Assembly: GCA_023431405.1 (NCBI GenBank)
Contig: JAEYVZ010000009.1
Coordinates: 19,087 to 83,086, forward strand
Direction of reading: 5' to 3'
Origin: Actinomycetes bacterium
GTDB taxonomy: Bacteria; Actinomycetota; Actinomycetes; Actinomycetales; Microbacteriaceae
Length of the DNA stretch: 64,000 nucleotides
The notes below the pieces were generated by a model that was not told the origin of the DNA, searched no databases, and was given only the letters and a program-made list of their open reading frames with translations. The stretch's first letter is position 1, and each line of letters starts with the position of its first letter. A program made the position numbers and the translations under genes. Below, in pieces: positions 1 to 10,106 of this stretch.

Positions 1-1
1 C

Positions 2-688
2 GAGTTCGCCGCCCAGGCGAGCACCGCGATCGCCGTCGCCTGGGCCCGCCGGGACCGTCAGCGGCTGGACGTGGCCGAAGACCGAGCCCGGATCGCACGC
101 GACCTCCACGACCACGTCATCCAGCGCCTGTTCGGCGCCGGCCTGAGCCTGCAGGCGCTCGCCGCCGGCGACCCCGCTCATGCGACGCTCATCGAGGAGC
201 AGGTGTCGGAGCTCGACTCCGCGATCGCCGAGATCCGCACCGCGATCTTCACGCTGCGCACGCGACCCGACTCGCGTCTGGCAGGTGTGCGTCATCGGGT
301 GCTCGATGTCGTCACGGAGCTGACGCCCGGCCTGCAGACGGCGCCCCGGCTCGCTTTCCGGGGGCCGGTCGACCTCACGGTGCGCGGCGAACTCGCCGAC
401 GATGTGATCGCGGCCGTGCGTGAGTCGCTGTCGAACGTGGTGCGCCACGCGAACGCGACGAGCGTGGCGGTCACCGTCACCGCACGTGACGGCGCCGTCG
501 AGGTGGTCGTCGACGACGACGGGGATGGGGTCGATCCTGGGGCGCGCCTGAGCGGGGGAACGGCGAATCTTTCCGAACGCGCCTCACGCCGCCGTGGCGT
601 GTTCGTTCTGGAGCACCGTGTCGACAGGGGCAGTCGTGCCCGGTGGTGGGTGCCGCTCGAAGAACCGGTGGACGAGACGACCGGCTGA
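2..688 (+). CDS. Sensor histidine kinase, C-terminal HisKA_3 + HATPase_c part (DevS/DosT-like), 5' end cut by the window edge
   Basis: The reading frame is open from base 2. It carries the H-box RIARDLHDHVIQRLF and an ATPase region (SNVVRHANA ... DDDGDG ... GG..NL). Confidence 0.8.
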   Translation, partial: EFAAQASTAIAVAWARRDRQRLDVAEDRARIARDLHDHVIQRLFGAGLSLQALAAGDPAHATLIEEQVSELDSAIAEIRTAIFTLRTRPDSRLAGVRHRVLDVVTELTPGLQTAPRLAFRGPVDLTVRGELADDVIAAVRESLSNVVRHANATSVAVTVTARDGAVEVVVDDDGDGVDPGARLSGGTANLSERASRRRGVFVLEHRVDRGSRARWWVPLEEPVDETTG

Positions 689-706
689 CCTCGGCGGCAG
701 CCGCGG

Positions 707-720
707 GGGACCTTCGTCCT
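707..720. promoter_or_regulatory. DosR/DevR-box-like palindrome GGGACCTTCGTCCT, about 90 nt upstream of ppsA
   Basis: It has the GGGAC-N4-GTCC(T) architecture. By hand alignment it matches about 14 of 20 positions of the mycobacterial consensus TTSGGGACTWWAGTCCCSAA. Confidence 0.4.
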
Positions 721-810
721 GACGTGTGCGGCGCTCAGCGCCCATGCTCGAAGGAGACGGTCGCCGGCAGGAACGGACCTGCGTGCCCGCGGATACGGAG
801 GTTTCGGACG

Positions 811-3189
811 ATGGAACGCATCGTGAGGCTCGGCGAGGTGTCGATGGCCGACGTGGCGAGGGTGGGCGGCAAGAACGCGTCGCTCGGTGAGATGCTCGCA
901 ACCCTGTCGCGCGTGGGGGTGCGTGTTCCCGACGGGTACGCGACGACGGCAGACGCGTTCCGCGAGTTCCTCCGGCGCGACGGGCTCGACGCGCACATCG
1001 AGCAGCTGCTGGCGCAGCTCGACCTGTCCGACCTGGACGAGCTGTCGCGCGTCTCGGCGCAGATCCGTCGCAGCATCCTGTCCCAGCCGTTCCCGGCGGA
1101 GTTCGTCGAGGAGCTGCGGTCGGCGCACCGCTCCGTGTCCGGCGGAGAAGGGGCGCCGGGGCTCTCGTGGGCGGTGCGGTCGTCAGCCACGGCCGAGGAC
1201 CTGCCGGATGCCTCGTTCGCCGGCCAGCAGGAGACCTATCTGCACATTCAGGGCATCGACGCCGTGCTGGATGCGGTGCGGCACGTCTACGCGTCGCTCT
1301 ACACAGCCCGGGCGATCGTGTATCGCCGCGACCACGGCTACGGGGCGGATGCCGTGGCGATCTCCGCGGGCATCCAGCGCATGGTGCGCTCTGACATCGG
1401 CGCATCGGGCGTGATCTTCACCGTCGACACCGAATCGGGTTTCGACGGGGTCGTCGTGGTGACGAGCGCGTATGGACTCGGCGAGACCGTCGTTCAGGGG
1501 ACGGTCAACCCCGACGAGTTCTGCGTGTACAAAGCGGGTCTGCGTGCCGGCAACCCGGCGGTGCTCTCGCGCACGTGCGGGGAGAAGGCGATCGCGATGC
1601 GGTTCACGTCGGAGACGGGCGTCGGGCGCAGCACCGTCGTCGTGGAGGTGCCGCCGGAAGACCGTCGACGCTTCAGCATCTCCGACCCGCAGGTGGAGGA
1701 ACTGGCCCGTACGGCGCTCGTGATCGAGGCGCACTACGAGCGGCCGATGGACATCGAGTGGGCCCTCGACGGGGAGGACGGACTGCTCTACATCGTGCAG
1801 GCGCGGCCCGAGACGACTGTCGCACGGCACTCCGGTGCCGTGATCTCGCGCCACTTCCTCGACGAACCCGGGGAGGTGGTCGCCCGCGGTCGTGCCGTCG
1901 GCGCGAAGATCGGCAGCGGACGAGCCCGGGTACTGCATGAGCTGCCGGAGATGCACACTTTCCGCGAAGGCGATGTGCTGGTGGCGGAGCGCACCGACCC
2001 CGATTGGGAGCCGATCATGCGACTGGCCTCCGCGATCGTCACCGACCACGGCGGGCGCACGTGCCATGCGGCGATCGTCGCGCGGGAGCTCGGCCTGCCG
2101 GCGGTGGTGGGGGCGGGTGACGCGACCACGTCGATCGCCGATGCGGACGACGTGACCGTCTCGTGCGCGGAGGGCGACGAGGGCGTCGTCTACCGAGGAG
2201 CGCTCGCTCATCACGAGGAGACCACGGACGTGGGCGAGATGCCGGAGCTCCCGGTGGAGATCATGCTCAACGTGGCCGTTCCCGACCAGGCGTTCGATCT
2301 CGCACGGCTTCCGCAGCGAGGGGTCGGCCTCGCACGGCTGGAGTTCATCGTCGGATCGATGGTGGGGATCCACCCGCGAGCGCTGCTCGAGACCGACGCC
2401 CTCCCGGCGTCGCTGCGCGACGAGGTGCGGCTGCGGACTGCGGCGTACGGCTCTCCCCGCGAGTTCTTCGTGCGACGCATCGCCGAAGGCGTGTCGACGA
2501 TCGCCGCGGCCTTCGCTCCGCACCCGGTCATCGTGCGCCTGAGCGACTTCAAGACGAACGAGTACGCGGGCCTTCTGGGCGGGGAGCTGTTCGAGCCGGC
2601 GGAGGAGAATCCGATGCTCGGCTGGCGCGGTGCATCGCGCTACGCGTCGGCCGCGTTCGAACCCTGCTTCGCCATGGAATGCGAAGCCCTCTCGTATGTC
2701 AGGGAGCGGATGGGGCTGACGAATCTCCAGGTGATGGTGCCGTTCGTCCGGACGCCTGAGGAAGGTCGCGAGGCGGTGGCGGCGATGGAGCGGCACGGGC
2801 TTCGCCGTGGTGATGGCCTGCAGATCATGATGATGTGCGAGATCCCCTCGAATGCTCTGCGCCCCGACGACTTCCTCGACATCTTCGACGGGTTCTCGAT
2901 CGGGTCCAACGATCTGACGCAGCTCACCCTCGGAGTCGACCGCGACTCCGAGATCGTGGCGGGCGCGTTCGACGAGCGCGACCCCGCGGTGCTGAGTCTG
3001 CTGGAGTCGGCCATCGCCGCATGCCGGCGTCGCGGCGCGTACGTCGGCATCTGCGGCCAAGGGCCATCCGACCACCCCGACTTCGCGCGGTGGCTGGTGG
3101 ATCACGGCATCCGCTCGATGTCGCTGAACCCCGACGCCGTGATCTCCACGTGGAGGAGCGTCGCTGCGGACGCCCCTGTCAGATCGTGA
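811..3189 (+). CDS. ppsA: Phosphoenolpyruvate synthase (pyruvate, water dikinase)
   Basis: It carries VGGKNASLGEM, the swivel-domain TDHGGRTCHAAIVARELG, and a C-terminal PEP-utilising domain. I moved the start to the ATG at 811 (MERIVRLGE). Confidence 0.9.
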   Translation: MERIVRLGEVSMADVARVGGKNASLGEMLATLSRVGVRVPDGYATTADAFREFLRRDGLDAHIEQLLAQLDLSDLDELSRVSAQIRRSILSQPFPAEFVEELRSAHRSVSGGEGAPGLSWAVRSSATAEDLPDASFAGQQETYLHIQGIDAVLDAVRHVYASLYTARAIVYRRDHGYGADAVAISAGIQRMVRSDIGASGVIFTVDTESGFDGVVVVTSAYGLGETVVQGTVNPDEFCVYKAGLRAGNPAVLSRTCGEKAIAMRFTSETGVGRSTVVVEVPPEDRRRFSISDPQVEELARTALVIEAHYERPMDIEWALDGEDGLLYIVQARPETTVARHSGAVISRHFLDEPGEVVARGRAVGAKIGSGRARVLHELPEMHTFREGDVLVAERTDPDWEPIMRLASAIVTDHGGRTCHAAIVARELGLPAVVGAGDATTSIADADDVTVSCAEGDEGVVYRGALAHHEETTDVGEMPELPVEIMLNVAVPDQAFDLARLPQRGVGLARLEFIVGSMVGIHPRALLETDALPASLRDEVRLRTAAYGSPREFFVRRIAEGVSTIAAAFAPHPVIVRLSDFKTNEYAGLLGGELFEPAEENPMLGWRGASRYASAAFEPCFAMECEALSYVRERMGLTNLQVMVPFVRTPEEGREAVAAMERHGLRRGDGLQIMMMCEIPSNALRPDDFLDIFDGFSIGSNDLTQLTLGVDRDSEIVAGAFDERDPAVLSLLESAIAACRRRGAYVGICGQGPSDHPDFARWLVDHGIRSMSLNPDAVISTWRSVAADAPVRS

Positions 3190-4567
3190 CGGCTTCCAGA
3201 TGCTCGGGAACGCGGGCGGGCCAGCCGAGCTCCCGGCGGATGCGTCCGCGCAGCGTGTCGGCGGCCGACGGCTCGCCGTGGGTGACGTAGACGGCTCGCG
3301 GCCGGGGAGCCGCACGCATCCACGCCAGCAGCTGGTCGGCGTCGGCGTGGGCGGACATGGACTCGATGTGGTGCACCTGTGCGCGGATGGGCACGTCGAC
3401 GCCGAAGATCCGCAGACTGCGCGCCCCGCCCAGCAGCGCCGCACCCCGCGTTCCGCCTGCCTGGAAGCCGGTGATCACGATCGCGTTGGCCGGGTCGGGT
3501 CCGTACGCCGACAAGTGGTGGAGGATGCGGCCCCCCGTGAGCATTCCGCTGGCCGAGATGATCACCATCGGTCCGCCGCGCAGGTTCAGCAGCTTCGAAT
3601 CGTCGACGGAGGAGACGAGGGTGGCGAGCCGGTACATCCGCTCCACCTCGTCGAGGTCGAGACGGTGCTCCGCCGGGTGACGCCGGTAGGCGTCGATGGC
3701 GCTCACGGCCATCGGACTGTTCACGTAGATCGGGATGTCGGGGATCGCATCGCGATCCCGCAGGCGTGACAGGTGCAGCAGCACGGTCTCGGTGCGCCCG
3801 ATGGCGAACGCGGGGATGAGAACGACCCCGCCTCGCGCGGCTGTGTGCCGGATCACCTCGCCGAGCACGTCCGCCGGATCGGTCTCGTCGTGTCGGCGGT
3901 CGCCGTACGTGCTTTCGGTGACGAGGATGTCGCTGTCCTCCAGCGGTGCGGGAGGGCGCATGAGCGGGTCGTCGGGCCGGCCGAGGTCGCCGGTGAAGCG
4001 CACATGCGCATCCGGGATCCGCACGGAGGCGCCCGCGGCGCCGAGGATGTGCCCGGCAGGCGGGAGCGCCACCTCGATGCCGTCGCCGACGGAGAAGGGA
4101 GTGTCGAAAGGCACCGGTCGGAGGTGACGGAGTGCGCGCTCGGCATCCTGAGTCGTGTACAGCGGCGAGGGATGGTCGTGCGCAGACCAGCCGCCGCGCG
4201 CCGCGTGACGTGCCTCCTCCTCCAGGAGGTGGGCGCTGTCGGGCAGCAGGATGCGGCACAGCTCGGCGGTGCCCTCGGTCATGTAGACGGGGCCGTCGTA
4301 ACCATCGCGAATGAGCGCCGGGAGGTAGCCGGAGTGGTCGAGGTGGGCATGAGTGACGATCACCGCATCGATGGATGCCGGTGACACCGGGAAAGGGGAG
4401 CGGTTGCGCTGGCGGAGCACCTTGTAACCCTGGAACAGGCCGCAGTCGATGAGCACGTTCGAGGTGCCGTGGCGCAGGAGATATCGCGACCCCGTCACCG
4501 CGTCGGCCGCTCCGAGGAAACGAAGCGTGGACGCGGTGCGCTCACCGGCGCGCAACAGACACCTCAT
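3179..4567 (-). CDS. MBL-fold metallo-hydrolase with beta-CASP / RNA-specificity domain
   Basis: It has the HxHxDH motif (THAHLDHSG), an N-terminal LRFLGAADAVTGS, and a C-terminal SAHADADQLL. The start is uncertain; 4609, 4567 and 4555 are all possible. Confidence 0.8.
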   Translation of the reverse strand: MRCLLRAGERTASTLRFLGAADAVTGSRYLLRHGTSNVLIDCGLFQGYKVLRQRNRSPFPVSPASIDAVIVTHAHLDHSGYLPALIRDGYDGPVYMTEGTAELCRILLPDSAHLLEEEARHAARGGWSAHDHPSPLYTTQDAERALRHLRPVPFDTPFSVGDGIEVALPPAGHILGAAGASVRIPDAHVRFTGDLGRPDDPLMRPPAPLEDSDILVTESTYGDRRHDETDPADVLGEVIRHTAARGGVVLIPAFAIGRTETVLLHLSRLRDRDAIPDIPIYVNSPMAVSAIDAYRRHPAEHRLDLDEVERMYRLATLVSSVDDSKLLNLRGGPMVIISASGMLTGGRILHHLSAYGPDPANAIVITGFQAGGTRGAALLGGARSLRIFGVDVPIRAQVHHIESMSAHADADQLLAWMRAAPRPRAVYVTHGEPSAADTLRGRIRRELGWPARVPEHLEAVTI

Positions 4568-5132
4568 CCGCGATATGGGGCGCCAGCGCTGACGCCCACG
4601 ACCGGGCACGCTCCTCCTCGCCGGCCAGGAGCCGGCTCGATTTGTCGACGAGGAAGCTCTCCGGCTCTGCCAGGGCGTCGGAACCCAGTTTCGTCAGCCG
4701 CCGGTCGATCCCCGCGGCCGCCGACCCGGTGAAGATCCGCGGCATGTCCGCGCGCGTGTCGAACGCCACGTGTCGCCTCACCCACCGGGGCTCGGATGCG
4801 AGCCACTCGCGCACACCGTCATCGGTGTTCGGCTCCAGCGTCAGATGCTCGCGGTCGTGCATCGCCCATCGTGCGGCTTCGAGTCGCGACTCCGGTCTGC
4901 TGAGACCGTGGCCGTGGGTCGGGGCGCCCACGATGACCGCGCGGATCTCGTCGCCGATGGTGCCGACCTCCGAGATCGGCACGAGAACGCAGGAGACCGC
5001 CGGGGTGAGACCGGCGACGATCGCTTCGGCGATCCGCCGCGTCGCGCCGAACATGGATTCGTAGATGACGGCCACCTGTGCGCCGTTGTGCTGGGCGGCG
5101 CTTCGCTGTGCCTTCTCGTCTCGTGCCGACAT
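4542..5132 (-). CDS. Flavodoxin-like fold protein
   Basis: It carries VAVIYESMFGATRRIAEAI and VGAPTHG. It lies upstream of the MBL gene and overlaps it, so the two are probably an operon. Confidence 0.7.
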   Translation of the reverse strand: MSARDEKAQRSAAQHNGAQVAVIYESMFGATRRIAEAIVAGLTPAVSCVLVPISEVGTIGDEIRAVIVGAPTHGHGLSRPESRLEAARWAMHDREHLTLEPNTDDGVREWLASEPRWVRRHVAFDTRADMPRIFTGSAAAGIDRRLTKLGSDALAEPESFLVDKSSRLLAGEEERARSWASALAPHIADEVSVARR

Positions 5133-5213
5133 GATGCCCCTCCCGGATGCCGCCGGTTCCGTCGCCCTGCGCGGCGGATGCTCTCATCCGATCGTGAGAG
5201 CGCGGCCGCGCGG

Positions 5214-5259
5214 AGGCCGAAGGTCCCGTGGGGAGGGCGGCCCGAGGGACCTTCGGCCC
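5214..5259. promoter_or_regulatory. Two inverted copies of GGGACCTTCGGCC (DosR-box-like) in the flavodoxin/USP divergent promoter region
   Basis: ggccgaaggtccc at 5215-5227 and gggaccttcggcc at 5246-5258 are perfect reverse complements. Their centres are about 32 bp apart. Confidence 0.45.
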
Positions 5260-5321
5260 CAGGAGGGTCCGGTGGCACTGGTGTGCTTCGCATGAGGGCA
5301 TCGAGCGGAACGGAGTGAGTC

Positions 5322-6146
5322 GTGGAGCGGATCGTGCTCGGCTACGACGGGACGCCCGCCGCCGTGGCCGCTCTGCGTTGGGTCGCCGACCGGGCCGCGC
5401 GCCAGGTGGCTGTCGTCCACGTCGTGACCGTGCTGTCGAGGTTCGCGCGAGATCGCGCCGCCGCGCTCTCCCGTCTCGGCGACGCAGAGGCGTACCTCCG
5501 CGAGCGCGCACCCGGGGTCGGGGTGGAACTGCACCGACTGGAATCGCCGACGCAGGAGGCGCTCGCCGCGGCCGCAGGCACAGGGATGCTGGTGGTCGGC
5601 GCCTCGGCGGGGCGCCCCCTCGGCCCGGTCATGGCCGGCGCCCTCGCCCGCCGCCGCGGTGCCACGGAGCCGGGCCCGCTCATCCTCGTGCCGCCAGGGT
5701 GGGTTGACGCGGCGATGCCGGTCTCGGTCGGCATCGCCGCAGACGGGTCGTCTGAGGCGGCGCTCACCTTCGCTGCAGAGGAGGCAGACCGTGGGGGAGT
5801 CGCGGTGCGTCTGGTGCACGCGCGACCGGGACGGTCCGCCGGGAGATCCACCGAAGACGGTGACCGAGCGCTCGCTGAGGGGCGACGGATCCTGCAGGCG
5901 GCCGCCGGTCGGCTCCGTGAGCAGCGACTGGTCGCCGACATCCGCCAGGAGCTGGTGCGGGAGACGCCGGTCTCCGCGGTGCTGAGATACGGTGCCCGGT
6001 CGTCGATGATCGTCGTCGGCTCGCATCTGCGCGGAATCGTCGGCGGCGTCTTCCTGGGCTCGGTATCGCAGGAGCTGGCACGGCGCACGCCGTGTCCGCT
6101 CGCCGTCGTCGCACCGCATCGCGAACGAAAGGAAGATCACTCGTGA
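5322..6146 (+). CDS. Universal stress protein, tandem USP domains
   Basis: It begins IVLGYDGTPAA..AL.WA and ends with MIVVGSHLRG..GGVFLGSVSQEL....PCPLAVV. Confidence 0.85.
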   Translation: MERIVLGYDGTPAAVAALRWVADRAARQVAVVHVVTVLSRFARDRAAALSRLGDAEAYLRERAPGVGVELHRLESPTQEALAAAAGTGMLVVGASAGRPLGPVMAGALARRRGATEPGPLILVPPGWVDAAMPVSVGIAADGSSEAALTFAAEEADRGGVAVRLVHARPGRSAGRSTEDGDRALAEGRRILQAAAGRLREQRLVADIRQELVRETPVSAVLRYGARSSMIVVGSHLRGIVGGVFLGSVSQELARRTPCPLAVVAPHRERKEDHS

Positions 6147-6604
6147 ACACCATCGTGCGCCCAGCGCTCATCGTCATGCACACCTTCGTCGCCGTCACAG
6201 CGATGGGAGGTGGCGTGGCGCTCGTGGCGGGAAGCGTGCTGCCCTCGTGGCGCTCGGTCGTGCTTCCCCCTGTGGCGTACCTCGAAGGTTCGCCGTTCGA
6301 CTCGTACATCGTGCCCGGCCTGATCCTCCTGATCGCGGTGGCCGGCACCCAGACGGTGGCTCTCGTCGTCACCACGCGTCGGCGCGCATCGGCTCCCGTG
6401 TTCTCTGCTGCGGCCGGCTATGTCTGCCTGGGCTGGATCTTCGTGCAGATGATCTTCATCCCGTTCAGCTTCCTGCAGGCGGCGTACTTCGCTGCGGGGT
6501 GCGTGGAGCTCGGGCTCGTGATGGTGCAGCTGGGCATCTTCGATCGCAGGGGTGCGGACGCGCCCGCCACCGCCGCTGTCTCCGAGGAGCGGCAGCGGGC
6601 GTGA
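6143..6604 (+). CDS. Small integral membrane protein (about 4 TM segments)
   Basis: It has hydrophobic segments and high GC3. Its GTG start overlaps the USP stop codon (GTGA). Confidence 0.55.
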   Translation: MNTIVRPALIVMHTFVAVTAMGGGVALVAGSVLPSWRSVVLPPVAYLEGSPFDSYIVPGLILLIAVAGTQTVALVVTTRRRASAPVFSAAAGYVCLGWIFVQMIFIPFSFLQAAYFAAGCVELGLVMVQLGIFDRRGADAPATAAVSEERQRA

Positions 6605-6605
6605 C

Positions 6606-7253
6606 CTAGGAGGTCGGATGTTCGAGTTGGAAGACGGCCGCCTGCGTGCGACGCTCCAGGCCGAGCTTGCGCAACAGCGAGGAGACGTAGTTCTTGACCG
6701 TCTTCTCGGCGAGCCCGAGCTCCTCACCGATCTGCCGATTCGTCAGTCCGTCGGCGATGAGCCGAAGGATCTGGCGTTCGCGCAGCCCCAGTGACCCCAT
6801 ACGCGGATCGTCGAGGTCGGCCCGTTGCCGCAACCCGGCGCTGGCGCGCGCCGCGACGGTCGCGTTGAGCACGGAGTGTCCCGACGCCACGGCGCGAACG
6901 GCATCCACCAGGCGTGCGCCGTTGATGTCCTTCAACACGTAGCCGGAAGCGCCCGCCAGCACCGCAGCGCTCGCCGCATCGTCGTCGTCGTACGCGGTCA
7001 GCATGAGACAGGCCACCGATGGCCACCGCGAGCGCACCTCACGACACAGGTCGATGCCGCTGCGGTCGGGAAGCCGCACATCGAGCACGGCGACGTCAGG
7101 AAGCGTGGCCTCCAGGCGTGGCGCCGCCTGTCGCGCGCTGCCCGCTTCGCCGACCACCTCCATATCGTGCTGCGCAGCCAGAAGGCCGATGAGCCCGCGC
7201 CGCACGATCTCGTGATCGTCGACCACGAAGACTCTGATCATGCGCGACTCCAT
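6606..7253 (-). CDS. devR: NarL/LuxR-family response regulator, DevR/DosR-like
   Basis: It resembles M. tuberculosis DevR, as I recall that sequence, along its full length: VDDHE.VRRGL, GEAGS, PDVAVLDVRLPD, AGASGY.KDI, GLTN.QI, LAEKTVKNYVS.LL.KLG.ERRTQAAVF. Confidence 0.88.
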   Translation of the reverse strand: MESRMIRVFVVDDHEIVRRGLIGLLAAQHDMEVVGEAGSARQAAPRLEATLPDVAVLDVRLPDRSGIDLCREVRSRWPSVACLMLTAYDDDDAASAAVLAGASGYVLKDINGARLVDAVRAVASGHSVLNATVAARASAGLRQRADLDDPRMGSLGLRERQILRLIADGLTNRQIGEELGLAEKTVKNYVSSLLRKLGLERRTQAAVFQLEHPTS

Positions 7254-7255
7254 GC

Positions 7256-8724
<1,469 letters not shown>

Positions 8725-8852
8725 CGCGCGGTCCGCAGCCTGACGAGAAGTTTTTTCCGCGACCTGCATCCAGCGGGTGCGTCCGACCGGAATACCTGTT
8801 AGGCGCCGGCGGCAGTCGTCGACGTGACTCTTCACATCGAAGGAGCTGGAAG

Positions 8853-9446
8853 ATGAACAGGAAACTCGCACTCGCCGTGGCGACCGTCGTGGTCGGGGCC
8901 CTCACCCTGACCGCGTCACCGGCCTCGGCTCACGGCGGTTCGAAGCCGTCGGGCACCATCGTCGACGTCGCCGTCGCCGCGTCCGGAGGCGGTACGCCCG
9001 ACTCCAACCCGTACGACTACGACCTGCTCGTGCAGGCGGTCCTCGCGACGGGTCTCGACGGGGCGCTGTCGGACACCAGCACGAAGTACACGGTGTTCGC
9101 GCCCAACGACCGCGCGTTCATCCGGCTGGTGACCGACCTCACCGGCAAGAAGCCGGCGTCTGAGGCCGAGGCGCTCACGACGATCACGACGGCCTTCACC
9201 GCCGACGAGATCTCGAACATCCTGCTGTACCACGTGGTCGCGGGAAAGAAGCTCGGACCCCTCAAGGTGCTGTTCGCGAAGTCGCTGACGATGGCCAATG
9301 GCGGAGTGGTCAAGCCCCGCGGAATCACGCTTCGTGATGAGACCCCGGCGCTGAAGGACCCGAAGCTCGTGCTCTGGGCGATCAACATCGGCGCGTCGAA
9401 CGGTGTCATCCACACGATCGACCGCGTGCTGGTGCCGGGATCCTGA
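8853..9446 (+). CDS. Secreted fasciclin (FAS1) domain protein
   Basis: It has a signal peptide MNRKLALAVATVVVGALTLTASPASA and the motifs YTVFAPNDRAF and VIHTIDRVLVP. An AAGGAG RBS lies upstream. Confidence 0.85.
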   Translation: MNRKLALAVATVVVGALTLTASPASAHGGSKPSGTIVDVAVAASGGGTPDSNPYDYDLLVQAVLATGLDGALSDTSTKYTVFAPNDRAFIRLVTDLTGKKPASEAEALTTITTAFTADEISNILLYHVVAGKKLGPLKVLFAKSLTMANGGVVKPRGITLRDETPALKDPKLVLWAINIGASNGVIHTIDRVLVPGS

Positions 9447-9471
9447 CACACCGCAGCGAGTCCTGACGCGC

Positions 9472-9509
9472 GCGAAACCGGGGCCGACCCCAGCCGGTCC
9501 CGGTTTCGC
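9472..9509. terminator. Bidirectional hairpin between the convergent fasciclin and VOC genes
   Basis: The 11-bp stem pairs gcgaaaccggg with cccggtttcgc. Confidence 0.5.
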
Positions 9510-9531
9510 CCGTGCTCAGGTTTCGCCGCGA

Positions 9532-10008
9532 TCAGGGGCGGCCGGCGTCGTCGGATGCGGCGACGTCGACGACCCACGTCACTCCGAAGCGGTCGGTCAG
9601 CATCCCGAAGCCAGGCGACCATGCGGATGCCGCGAGCGGCTCGATGACGAGCGCGCCGTCCTTCAGGTGAGTCCACGCGCGGTCCGCCTCGGCGAACGAC
9701 GACGTGCGCACCGACAGGAAGAACGGGCTGTCGGTGAGGGTCAGTCCCTGCTCGCGGCGCGTCGTATGCCGGGGCGTCCGCTCAGCTTCTGCTGCGGATC
9801 CCGGCACGTCGTACGCCATGACCCGGAAGCCGGTGGGCGACGCGAGCTGACCGAAGAGGAGCCCCTCGGATCCGGGGGCGTCGGCGGGCATGCCCGCCTC
9901 GGCGTAGGTCACGGCGGTGAGATCGCCCCCGAACACGGAGCGGTAGAACGCGAGAGCCTCGCGGGCGGTTCCCGGCAGGTTCAGGTGCGTGGTGGTGGTG
10001 AGGGTCAT
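9532..10008 (-). CDS. VOC (glyoxalase/bleomycin-resistance fold) family protein, PhnB-like
   Basis: It carries MTLTTTTHLNLPGTAREALAFYRSVFGG ... GMLTDRFGVTWVV. I moved the start to the internal ATG. Confidence 0.75.
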   Translation of the reverse strand: MTLTTTTHLNLPGTAREALAFYRSVFGGDLTAVTYAEAGMPADAPGSEGLLFGQLASPTGFRVMAYDVPGSAAEAERTPRHTTRREQGLTLTDSPFFLSVRTSSFAEADRAWTHLKDGALVIEPLAASAWSPGFGMLTDRFGVTWVVDVAASDDAGRP

Positions 10009-10030
10009 GAGGAATCCTTCCGTCGGTGAA

Positions 10031-10085
10031 TCGGCAGCTGCCGACGTCGTGAGTCTCACCGCCCAAGCGGACAGATCATGTCCGC
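10031..10085. promoter_or_regulatory. Two palindromes in the VOC / WYL-regulator divergent region (candidate operators)
   Basis: tcggcagctgccga at 10031-10044 is a perfect 14-bp palindrome. gcggaca-N5-tgtccgc lies at 10067-10085. Confidence 0.3.
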
Positions 10086-10106
10086 TGTCGGGGTCAGAAT
10101 GAGCGG

